From assembly GCF_000175255.2 (NCBI RefSeq), contig NC_017262.1, positions 60,001-92,000 on the forward strand: a stretch of 32,000 nt of DNA, in the 5' to 3' direction. Positions 1 through 7,924 of this stretch are shown one piece after another. The first letter of the stretch is position 1; each line of letters opens with the position of its first letter. The DNA comes from Zymomonas mobilis subsp. mobilis ATCC 10988. Its GTDB lineage: Bacteria > Pseudomonadota > Alphaproteobacteria > Sphingomonadales > Sphingomonadaceae. The position numbers and the translations under genes were made by a program. Under the pieces are notes generated by a model. The model did not search any database and was not told the origin of the DNA. It worked only from the letters and a program-made list of their open reading frames with translations.

Positions 1-293
1 ATCGTACTATCTATCATATGTTGCCAGTCATCTGTCAGGCCAAGGTCAACGAGAGTTTCAAGAAGAGCGTCCCACACACCCTGTTCTGCCCACCTACGAA
101 ACCGAACATAGACCGAATTCCATTTCCCATAACGTTCATGCATATCTCGCCACGGGCAGCCTGTTCGAAGCACATAAAGCATACCATTGAGAAATAACCG
201 ATTACTTTTGGCGGGACGCGCGCAGCGGCCTCGTTCGCTTGGAAGAAGACCCTGTATTATCTCCCACTCCGCGTCCGTCAGATCTCCTCGCAT
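1..293 (-). CDS. IS5-family transposase orfA, N-terminal part (partial, runs off the window)
   Basis: Same sequence as the 25041..25457 ORF (MRGDLTDAEWEIIQGLLPSERGRCARP...GCPWRDM...). The start codon is at 291-293 on the minus strand. Confidence 0.85.
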   Translation of the reverse strand, partial: MRGDLTDAEWEIIQGLLPSERGRCARPAKSNRLFLNGMLYVLRTGCPWRDMHERYGKWNSVYVRFRRWAEQGVWDALLETLVDLGLTDDWQHMIDST

Positions 294-369
294 CCTATCT
301 ACCCTACAAAACTTGTTCTCAAGTTATCTCTAAAAATCTTAAATTATACCCTTTGTCAACAGAACCTAG
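1..369 (-). mobile_element. Partial copy (about 43 percent) of an ~855-bp IS5-family (IS427-group-like) insertion sequence, cut by the window edge
   Basis: nt 1-371 read identical to 25165-25535. It ends in the terminal inverted repeat CCTTTGTCAACAGAACCTAG (350-369). Confidence 0.85.
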
Positions 370-608
370 TAAAAAATGGTGATATCGAATTAAAAGGTAT
401 TACAGATCCAGCAGATCGTGACAGAGCTTTATTTGATAGTATTGTCGTAGCAGGGACAACAGATCTTTCTGAAAAGAATGTTTTACTCGTGGATGATCTA
501 TATAGATCAGGTGCAACCCTTGATGCATGCTGTCGCGCCCTCAAGAAAAGTACACAAGTAAAAAATATCTGTGTTTTGACAATGACAAAAACTAGGAAGA
601 ACAGATGA
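369..608 (+). pseudogene. C-terminal ~79 codons of a ComF/type-I phosphoribosyltransferase-like gene, 5' part cut off by the IS (ShosT-like candidate)
   Basis: The frame is open from the IS junction: VKNGDIELKGITDPADRDRALFDSIVVAGTTDLSEKNVLLVDDLYRSGATLDACCRALKKSTQVKNICVLTMTKTRKNR*. VLLVDDLYRSGATL is a PRPP-binding loop. The stop TGA (606-608) overlaps the next ATG (605-607). Confidence 0.65.
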
Positions 609-1165
609 CGGTTGTATTCTTATCTGGTTCACGTAGAATTAGCCGCTTAAATGATAAAATTCGCTTTCGTTTACAAAATATCATGAAACAAAATTTTCAG
701 ATTTTTATTGGTGATGCTAATGGTGCAGATAAAGCTATGCAGTCATATCTCGCTGATCAGCACTACCCAAATGTATCTATATACTTTGTAGGGAGTATTT
801 GTCGTAACAATATTGGTAATTGGAATACTAAACAAATAGCAGTAGATAAAAATCTGAAAGGAAGAGCATTCTATACCGAAAAAGACAAAGCAATGGCTGC
901 GGAAGCTGACTTTGGCTTCGTTTTATGGGATGGAATAAGTGAAGGATCGATCAATAATATATTTGAGCTTTTGAATAGTCAAAAAAAAGCAGTAGTCTAT
1001 CTTTCTACACATAAAAAATTTTTTAATATCAAGACAGCTAATGATATTGAAAACCTAATAAACTGCACTGACCCTGAAGCATTATCCAAACTGCAAGGAT
1101 TACGAACTATTCGTAGGCAAATGGAGAAACATAATCTCATGGATCAAGGAAGTTTTCCGATTTAA
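605..1165 (+). CDS. DprA/SLOG-like Rossmann-fold protein (ShosA-like candidate antitoxin)
   Basis: 186 aa with the motif series VVFLSGSR ... IFIGDANGADKAMQSYL ... FGFVLWDGISEGSINNI, which parallels the DprA/SLOG pattern. It is ATGA-coupled to the upstream PRTase fragment and lies in low-GC DNA. Confidence 0.55.
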   Translation: MTVVFLSGSRRISRLNDKIRFRLQNIMKQNFQIFIGDANGADKAMQSYLADQHYPNVSIYFVGSICRNNIGNWNTKQIAVDKNLKGRAFYTEKDKAMAAEADFGFVLWDGISEGSINNIFELLNSQKKAVVYLSTHKKFFNIKTANDIENLINCTDPEALSKLQGLRTIRRQMEKHNLMDQGSFPI

Positions 1166-1310
1166 ATCTAACTTAGTACTTTGGAAAATAATTCCAAAAG
1201 TTCTTATCTAAAGTAGAAAGGCAGAGTTTAGCAGGTATAAATAGTTTTATATTATATCTGATAAAGGTTAATCGAATTTCCATGTTGAGAGCCTCAAGAA
1301 AACCGGCTTT

Positions 1311-1346
1311 TAAAAAAGAGGATATCGCCCCTTTAAAAGGGGCGAT
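1311..1346 (-). terminator. Rho-independent terminator downstream of queE
   Basis: The stem ATCGCCCCTT (1324-1333) pairs with AAGGGGCGAT (1337-1346). On the minus strand it is followed by CTTTTTTA. Confidence 0.7.
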
Positions 1347-1352
1347 CATCCG

Positions 1353-2006
1353 CTATTTCACCCCGATCAATTTATGACTTTGAATAGATAACCGCCATAA
1401 AGGCCGCTGCATCACAAAGGCGATAGCCTTTTGGATATTTTCTTTTTGATATTCGTCATCCATTGGCTGGATCAGATAATGATCGAAATCCAGCTTTTCC
1501 AAAGCCTCAATATCAATGCCTTTTTGTGGCCATACCAGTTTTATTTCATTGCCTTTTTCAAGGATAATCTGGCTTCCTGCCTTGGGACTCATGCAAACCC
1601 AATCAATCGCAGACGGGACAGGCTGCGTTCCATTGGTCTCGATAGCGATTTCAAAAGCCTGATTTTTTAAAGCCAGCAGCAAAGCCTCATCTACTTGTAA
1701 TAATGGCTCACCGCCCGTCAAAACGACAAAAGGCCGAACATATTGATATCGGCTTTCAAGCGCCTCTTTCCACAATCGAATGGCCTGTTCTGCCAATTCT
1801 TCTGCGGTAAATCGTCCGCCATTTTCGCCATCAATACCGACAAAATCAGTATCACAAAAACGGCAAGTCGCCTGTTCACGGTCATCTTCGCGACCATTCC
1901 ACAGATTACAACCGGCAAAGCGAATAAAGACAGCCCGTCTTCCAGCTTGGATACCTTCACCCTGTAACGTCAGGAAACTTTCTTTAACGGCGTAATGACG
2001 GCTCAT
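1353..2006 (-). CDS. queE: 7-carboxy-7-deazaguanine synthase (radical SAM)
   Basis: SFLTLQGEGIQAGRRAVFIRFAGCNLWNGRE...CRFCDTDF is the typical QueE N-terminus and Cys cluster. Confidence 0.9.
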   Translation of the reverse strand: MSRHYAVKESFLTLQGEGIQAGRRAVFIRFAGCNLWNGREDDREQATCRFCDTDFVGIDGENGGRFTAEELAEQAIRLWKEALESRYQYVRPFVVLTGGEPLLQVDEALLLALKNQAFEIAIETNGTQPVPSAIDWVCMSPKAGSQIILEKGNEIKLVWPQKGIDIEALEKLDFDHYLIQPMDDEYQKENIQKAIAFVMQRPLWRLSIQSHKLIGVK

Positions 2007-2956
2007 AACAGACCTTTATCCCCAGAAGGCGCAGCTAAAATCTCCATCGCCTGCCGCAAATTACCTCGGCAGTCAGCCAAGGTCTTTTCTGCTTCTGCAA
2101 TGCTCTGACCCATCGCCACCAGAACAGCTTTCCGAATATCATTTTGGGCAATCACAAGGGCTTTTTCTGCTTTATCCTGATCGACTTTTGCTAATCGACA
2201 CAGCATCAAAACGGCACGTTGTTGCAATTTGACATTGGAGACCCGCATATTGACCATCAGACCACGGCAAACCAGGCCCAGACGCAGCATAATCGCCGTC
2301 GAAAGGGTATTCAAAACGACTTTTTGAGCCGTTCCGGCCTTCATACGGGTGGATCCTGCCACGACTTCGCTTCCAGTCGCAGCTAAAACAGGATGCTCAG
2401 CGGCCTCCAACAAAGCACTATCGGCATTATTGGCAATAGCAATGGTCAAAGCACCCGTTTTTCTGGCCGCTTTAATAGCTTCAACCGTATAGGGCGTTCT
2501 GCCACTGGCTGCGACACCGATCACAACATCGCGACGATCAAGATGCAATGCCTCGACTTCCTGAAGGGCGCGTTCAATATTGTCCTCTGCACCTTCGACA
2601 CTAGCGGCCAAGGCCGTCATGCCTCCCGCCATCATAAAAGCCAGTCTTTCGGATGGCCAATTATAAGTCGGGGTTAATTCAACCCCGTCTTGAACGGCAA
2701 TTCGGCCAGAGGTGCCAGCCCCTACATAAACCAGCCGATTACCGTCCAATAATCTTTCAGCCGCCGCGATACTGGCCGCCGCAATGCGAGAGGATTGATC
2801 AGCAACGGCGGCGACAGCCGCCATCTGACCTTCTAACATGGCCTCAACCGCATATTCGCTAGGCCAGCTATCAAGATCAATATAGCGCGGATCGACCGTT
2901 TCAGTGGACATAGAGGATTGCCTTGTCTGGAATATATCAGGAAAAGAAAGCGTCAT
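2003..2956 (-). CDS. murQ: N-acetylmuramic acid 6-phosphate etherase
   Basis: SIS-domain motif VYVGAGTSGRIAVQDGVELTPTYNWP. There is a 4-nt ATGA overlap with queE. An alternative start is at 2911 (MSTETVD...). Confidence 0.85.
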   Translation of the reverse strand: MTLSFPDIFQTRQSSMSTETVDPRYIDLDSWPSEYAVEAMLEGQMAAVAAVADQSSRIAAASIAAAERLLDGNRLVYVGAGTSGRIAVQDGVELTPTYNWPSERLAFMMAGGMTALAASVEGAEDNIERALQEVEALHLDRRDVVIGVAASGRTPYTVEAIKAARKTGALTIAIANNADSALLEAAEHPVLAATGSEVVAGSTRMKAGTAQKVVLNTLSTAIMLRLGLVCRGLMVNMRVSNVKLQQRAVLMLCRLAKVDQDKAEKALVIAQNDIRKAVLVAMGQSIAEAEKTLADCRGNLRQAMEILAAPSGDKGLL

Positions 2957-3012
2957 TCAAAACGCCTGTTTTCATAAACAGGCCATTTGATTTTATGAAG
3001 TCATAATTTGAA

Positions 3013-3035
3013 AATAACGCATCATCGGCGTTATT
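3013..3035. promoter_or_regulatory. Inverted-repeat motif AATAACG-N7-GGCGTTATT, copy 1, upstream of murQ-queE
   Basis: All 16 fixed positions and the spacing are identical to 17130-17152. Confidence 0.4.
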
Positions 3036-3622
3036 CTTTGCAGCAAGAGAGGCCAATAAGCCCCAAAATAAAGGCTAGTCACGGCTTCGATATTATCAAA
3101 AAGGCATCAATTATAGACTTTTTATCTATAATCTTTTTTTGCTTTTTTTAAAACGGGGCTCTCTTTTTAAACTTCTGAAAAATTTTGACACAAATATGTC
3201 ATTTGATATGAAAGATTACAAAAAAGTAATCATAGAACTTATAAAGCAAGCCAAGATTATTATAACTTATAAGAAATAGACATTTAATAAAAACAGCCTC
3301 ATCCTCAAAGCTCACCTTACGACTTACTTTCATCTTCAAGGCCGATCCTTCGATAACAAGAAGTATTTAATTGTAAAATTTTAAAAATTTAAAAGAAAAA
3401 TAAATTATTTACTTTGATATATTATATCATAATTAGTATTTATAAAGAGTTTTTAAAAATTGTAAAATACCGTTTTGTTGACTATTAAATAGGGTAATAT
3501 TATGCTCTCTTGCTGTTTTAAGGGGGAAGGGCAGTTGCATTTCTTTATATCTATCAAAGTTTCTGAAAAACTGACCCTTTATCCAAGTTGAATATAAAAA
3601 CTGCATCAAAGGGGGGCGTTTA

Positions 3623-5233
3623 ATGCGCTTAATTCGGTCGATATTATTAGGTATGACAGCCATGACGACGCTTGGCATGGCAAGCATGGTTTCCGCAGAA
3701 AAAGCAGATAATAAAACAAAAGACAAAGCCGCAGAAACACAGACGGCGACATCCGCAAGTGATGATGTCTTAAAACCCGCCGAAGCTACCAGCGAAGGCA
3801 GCGTGACGGTCAAGGGGCAGACCATCCGTTATCAGGCAGTTTCTGGAACGTTATTGGTTCATCCGAAAGGCTGGGATGAAACCGTCGAGGATAAAGATAA
3901 AACACAACCTCGCGCCACAATGTCCTATACCGCCTATTTTAAAAAAGACGTGCCATCGTCACAAAGACCGGTCGTTTTTTTCTATAATGGCGGGCCGGGT
4001 TCTGCTTCGGTCTGGCTGCATATGGGGTCTTTCGGGCCCAAACGTATTGTTGTTCCCGATCATGAACATAGCGAAGGCGCACCTTACCGTCTGGTCAATA
4101 ACGACTACAGCTTGATGGATGTCGCGGATGTCGTCTTTATTGATGCCCCTGCGACCGGTTTTGGCCGGGTCGCTGGCAAGGATAAGGCCAAAGCCTTCTT
4201 TGGTGTCGATCAGGATGCTTATGCTTTTTGTGAATTCATCAAAAGTTTTCTTGGTAAATTCAATCGCTGGAACAGCCCGAAATATCTATTCGGTGAAAGC
4301 TACGGCACGCCCCGTTCTGCTGTTTTGTCGAATATGCTGGAAAACGACAACTCGATTGATTTTAACGGCGTTATCCTGCTGTCCCAGATATTAAACTTCA
4401 CACTGGATTCCGATTTTCCGAATACCAATCCGGGGGCAGATCAGGCTTTCATCACCAATCTTCCAACCTATGCTGCAACGGCTTGGTATCATAACCGTTT
4501 ACAGGGGCAGAAACCGGCCGATTTGGAAAAATTCCTTCGGGAAGTCGAATATTTCGCTACCACAGAATATGCGATGGCGTTACAGCAAGGCTCTGCACTT
4601 GATCCTTCAAGAAAACAGGCTATTGCCCAGAAATACAGCCAATATACCGGTATTCCGGTGGATTATGTGCTGAAAGCTGATTTGCGGTTAAATGGCGGCC
4701 AATTTACACAAATGCTGCAAGGCGGCGATATCACGACGGGTCGTCTTGATACGCGTTTTTCAGGGCCTTCTCTTGATCCTCTCGATAAAGAATCGGGCTA
4801 TGATCCACAAAGCTCGGCTTTGTCTTCAGCCTATGTCTCGGCCTTTAATGATTATTCTTTGAACCAGCTCCATTTTGGGCAGGGTCGCGAATATAAATCT
4901 ATGGTCAATTTCCCCGGTGGCTGGGATTTCAAACATCGTTCGCCCAGCGGTGGCGTGGTGCCGTGGGTTACCAATATGATGCCTGATCTGGCGGCGGCCA
5001 TGACGACCAATCCTAAATTAAAGGTAATGGTCGCAGGTGGTTATTTCGATCTGGCAACGCCTTACTATCAGGGCTGGTATGAAATGCACCATCTCCCGAT
5101 TAGAAAGAGCCTCGAACAGAATCTTGAATATCACTATTATAAATCAGGCCATATGGTTTACGTGAATGAAGAGTCTTTGAAATTGCTACATGACGATGTT
5201 TCTTCTTTCATCCGTCGTAGCTATCAGCCCTAA
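3623..5233 (+). CDS. Secreted S10-family serine carboxypeptidase-like peptidase
   Basis: N-terminal signal peptide, plus YNGGPGSASVWLHMG and the GESYG catalytic-serine motif. Confidence 0.8.
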   Translation: MRLIRSILLGMTAMTTLGMASMVSAEKADNKTKDKAAETQTATSASDDVLKPAEATSEGSVTVKGQTIRYQAVSGTLLVHPKGWDETVEDKDKTQPRATMSYTAYFKKDVPSSQRPVVFFYNGGPGSASVWLHMGSFGPKRIVVPDHEHSEGAPYRLVNNDYSLMDVADVVFIDAPATGFGRVAGKDKAKAFFGVDQDAYAFCEFIKSFLGKFNRWNSPKYLFGESYGTPRSAVLSNMLENDNSIDFNGVILLSQILNFTLDSDFPNTNPGADQAFITNLPTYAATAWYHNRLQGQKPADLEKFLREVEYFATTEYAMALQQGSALDPSRKQAIAQKYSQYTGIPVDYVLKADLRLNGGQFTQMLQGGDITTGRLDTRFSGPSLDPLDKESGYDPQSSALSSAYVSAFNDYSLNQLHFGQGREYKSMVNFPGGWDFKHRSPSGGVVPWVTNMMPDLAAAMTTNPKLKVMVAGGYFDLATPYYQGWYEMHHLPIRKSLEQNLEYHYYKSGHMVYVNEESLKLLHDDVSSFIRRSYQP

Positions 5234-5256
5234 ATTTTTTATCCCATTTTGAAGTA

Positions 5257-5292
5257 AAAGAAGCGACCTCAACGGGGTCGCTTCTTTTTTTT
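5257..5292 (+). terminator. Rho-independent terminator of the peptidase gene
   Basis: A perfect 12-13 bp stem, AAAAGAAGCGACC / GGTCGCTTCTTTT, with a 7-nt loop and a T-run to 5292. Confidence 0.8.
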
Positions 5293-5355
5293 GAAGAGAA
5301 TCTTTTTACGCTACGATTTTTCATTTTACGATTTTTTGAAAAAATTTCACGTCAG

Positions 5356-5381
5356 GGAACAGATGTTAAAGATTAGGCGTT
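5356..5381 (+). promoter_or_regulatory. Candidate sigma-EcfG (alphaproteobacterial general stress response) promoter
   Basis: GGAAC (5356-5360), then 17 nt, then CGTT (5378-5381). It sits about 45 nt upstream of the ATG of a GlsB/YeaQ-family stress gene. Confidence 0.5.
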
Positions 5382-5425
5382 TTATACACAAATATTGACA
5401 ATTCTTTTTTTAAGGGAGTTTGGTA

Positions 5426-5674
5426 ATGGGGCTCATTTCTTGGCTTATCGTCGGCGGTATTATTGGATGGCTCGCTGGACTTATTATGAAAGGCAGCGGC
5501 AGCGGCGTTTTTCTTAATATTATTATCGGTGTTGTCGGGGCTTCTTTGGGGGGCTTTATCTTCAACCGTGGTGATATTGGCGATGTCGGCCTGACCCTGC
5601 AAAGTTTTCTGGTCTCATTGATCGGTGCCGTTATTTTGTTGGCGGTGATCAATTTCTTTAAATCACGCAACTGA
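5426..5674 (+). CDS. GlsB/YeaQ/YmgE-family stress-response membrane protein
   Basis: MGLISWLIVGGIIGWLAGLIMKG...GVVGASLGGFIF, a Gly-rich protein of about 3 TM segments. The SD AAGGGAG lies 7 nt before the ATG at 5426; the ORF track starts at a TTG at 5420. Confidence 0.8.
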   Translation: MGLISWLIVGGIIGWLAGLIMKGSGSGVFLNIIIGVVGASLGGFIFNRGDIGDVGLTLQSFLVSLIGAVILLAVINFFKSRN

Positions 5675-5782
5675 CCCCATGTGATCTTTCAGGTCAGGAT
5701 GGCTCAAATAGCCTGATATCTGGATGCTTATTTTGGACTTGAAAGGGTGAGGCTGAAAACACGGCCTCACCCTAAAATATAT

Positions 5783-6904
5783 TTATTGCACGGCCATTTT
5801 TTTGGAAAAGACAGCAACACCAGCCAACAAAGCTGCGATCAAGAAAAATGATATTTTTAAACCCACAACATTGGCAATAAAACCAATGGCAATCGGGCCC
5901 GCCAAAACACCCATATAGCCAATGGTGGTCACCGCTGAGATCGCGAGATGGCTCGGCATCACATTTTGCCGTCCGGCAACACTATACACAACCGGAACGA
6001 TATCGGCACATCCCAAACCGATTAAGGCATAACCAATGAAAGTCGCGGGGGTGTAAGGTATAAAAATAACCGCCAAATAACCCGCCATAGCCAAAAGGCT
6101 ACCGAAAAAAACCGTTTTAACATTGCCTAATTTGGCAATAATTTTGTTCCCGAATAACCGTCCCGTTGTCATCATTGTTGCATAACCGGCATAGCCCCAA
6201 CCGGCTTGTTCCGGTGGTAATTTCCTGATCGAAGTGAGGAAAACACCGCCCCAATCAAGCACAGCGCCTTCCGCCAGAAAAGCAATGCAACAGATAATGC
6301 TCAAAATCCAAACCATGCCTTTCGGTATAGCAATACCTGCCGCACTACCGGGTTCGCCTTTATCAGGCAGTAAATCCTTCCAGAAGATCGCTAAAATCAA
6401 AAGAAGCAAGGCCGAAGCCATCATACCAGCCGTAAGCGGACTAAAGGATTTGGAAAAGACCAAGGCCAATCCGGCTGACCCCGCTGCGCCACCAATGCTA
6501 TATAAGGCATGAAAGCCTGAAATAAGGGGACGCTGAGCGCGTTTCTCGACAATAACCGATTGAATATTCATGGCGGCATCAATGGCACCGACCGATGCCC
6601 CAACGATCAATAGACTGCCTCCCAAAAGGATGGCGGAGGATAAAGTCGCCAGAAAAGGGACCGCTATCGCGGTAATAATCACGCCTGTCGTAATAACTGC
6701 ACGACACCCAAAGCGGTTCGCCATACTGCCCGCTAAAGGCAAAGAGAACAGCGCTCCTAATCCCAAACATAAAAGCAGATAACCAAGCTGTCCGTCAGAA
6801 ATAGCCGTATGGATTTTGACAAAAGGAATTAACGCCCCCCATGTCGCAATGGCGCATCCTAAAAGAAAGAATATCGCCGCCGTCCCGTTCCTCGCATTTT
6901 CCAT
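5783..6904 (-). CDS. MFS transporter
   Basis: 373 aa and about 11-12 hydrophobic segments, with typical MFS composition. Confidence 0.7.
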   Translation of the reverse strand: MENARNGTAAIFFLLGCAIATWGALIPFVKIHTAISDGQLGYLLLCLGLGALFSLPLAGSMANRFGCRAVITTGVIITAIAVPFLATLSSAILLGGSLLIVGASVGAIDAAMNIQSVIVEKRAQRPLISGFHALYSIGGAAGSAGLALVFSKSFSPLTAGMMASALLLLILAIFWKDLLPDKGEPGSAAGIAIPKGMVWILSIICCIAFLAEGAVLDWGGVFLTSIRKLPPEQAGWGYAGYATMMTTGRLFGNKIIAKLGNVKTVFFGSLLAMAGYLAVIFIPYTPATFIGYALIGLGCADIVPVVYSVAGRQNVMPSHLAISAVTTIGYMGVLAGPIAIGFIANVVGLKISFFLIAALLAGVAVFSKKMAVQ

Positions 6905-7254
6905 GGCAAATCCTCAAAATATTTTTGTTATTATTTTTTACGCCGTCATTTTTATGAATGGATAGGAAGCCCCGTTAAAAGAATCTCGCTTCTTTTGTCC
7001 CTATCTTCTGAAAGCACGCCTTGAATAAAAAGGCGATAGGGTAACTGCCTTTTGGATATAAAGGCCTCACATCTCCTAAATCGGAAAAAGCTTCATTCCC
7101 GATCATTAGCCTTTTTCAGCCATCGACATTCCAAGCTATAAAAACAAGCCTCAAAAGATAATTTTATAAAATGATAAATAAAAATTCATCTTTGGTGCAA
7201 TGCGATGGAAATATTTCGAAAGATAAACGTTAAAAAGTAAAATATAATAAACAA

Positions 7255-7286
7255 CCTTTGATATCGATCTGCACGATATTCAAAGG
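7255..7286. promoter_or_regulatory. Imperfect inverted repeat immediately upstream of the dehydrogenase operon
   Basis: CCTTTGATATCG (7255-7266), then 7 nt, then CGATATTCAAAGG (7274-7286). The arms are complementary apart from a 1-nt bulge. Confidence 0.3.
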
Positions 7287-7300
7287 GATCAAGCTGTAGG

Positions 7301-7906
7301 GTGTTCTTGATGATGGGCTCTTCTCCTCCGAAAGGCAGGCCGATTTCGGCCTTTTTTTCTTTTCCTTGGTGCCGCCGCCATATTTTGACAACCGGATTAT
7401 CTGTTGTCGCTCTTTCGGTGACGGCGGATATCGCTTCTAACGCCTCATCTTCTCCGCTTTCGTCTGCGGATGTTCTTCATTTTATGAAATTATCGCTTTG
7501 TCTGACAGATCGGAAAACGCTTGATCCGGTGCTTGGCAAAGCGCTTTTTTCTAAATTAACCGACAATAATCCAAAACGCCGGACACAGCTTGATCAGCTT
7601 CTTGCTCTTTTCAATCGGCAGACATGGGATAATGCTAATCACTTCGTCAAAGAAGCGGTCAAAGAAAATCCAGATGCACCACCACTTATCAGGGATATTC
7701 TACACGGATGGTATCGCGGTATCGTCGATAACAAAGTCGTCGTTTACCGTTCGGCCATGATGTTTTCTCTGACCCGTAATATTCTCTATCCCAAAACCTA
7801 TGCCAATGGCGATTTATTCTATTGGACAACGCGCCCGCCAGAAGTGCCCCTTCCCAAAGCACAGCCCGCTATGCAGCCGGACGTTCCCGAAACTCTGGGA
7901 CAATAA
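7301..7906 (+). CDS. Small (gamma) subunit of a membrane-bound FAD sugar dehydrogenase, Tat-signal-like N-terminus
   Basis: It has the position and size of gluconate 2-dehydrogenase subunit-3-family proteins and carries an RRHILTTGLSVVALS twin-arginine-like signal. The start is uncertain (GTG 7301, ATG 7310 or 7313). Confidence 0.6.
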   Translation: MFLMMGSSPPKGRPISAFFSFPWCRRHILTTGLSVVALSVTADIASNASSSPLSSADVLHFMKLSLCLTDRKTLDPVLGKALFSKLTDNNPKRRTQLDQLLALFNRQTWDNANHFVKEAVKENPDAPPLIRDILHGWYRGIVDNKVVVYRSAMMFSLTRNILYPKTYANGDLFYWTTRPPEVPLPKAQPAMQPDVPETLGQ

Positions 7907-7924
7907 AAGCAGAAGGTATAACAG

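Noticed and set aside
356-544. 62-aa minus-strand ORF
   Set aside because: It is antisense to the much better supported PRTase fragment and starts inside the IS terminus.
3369-3468. Repeated AATTGTAAAAT / TTTTAAAAATT motifs in the 665-bp spacer upstream of the peptidase gene
   Set aside because: This is very AT-rich, low-complexity DNA where such 11-mers recur easily. The arrangement differs between the two occurrences.
3433-3825. 130-aa minus-strand ORF
   Set aside because: It overlaps the peptidase start and its signal peptide in antisense, and half of it is AT-rich spacer. There is no SD or motif support.
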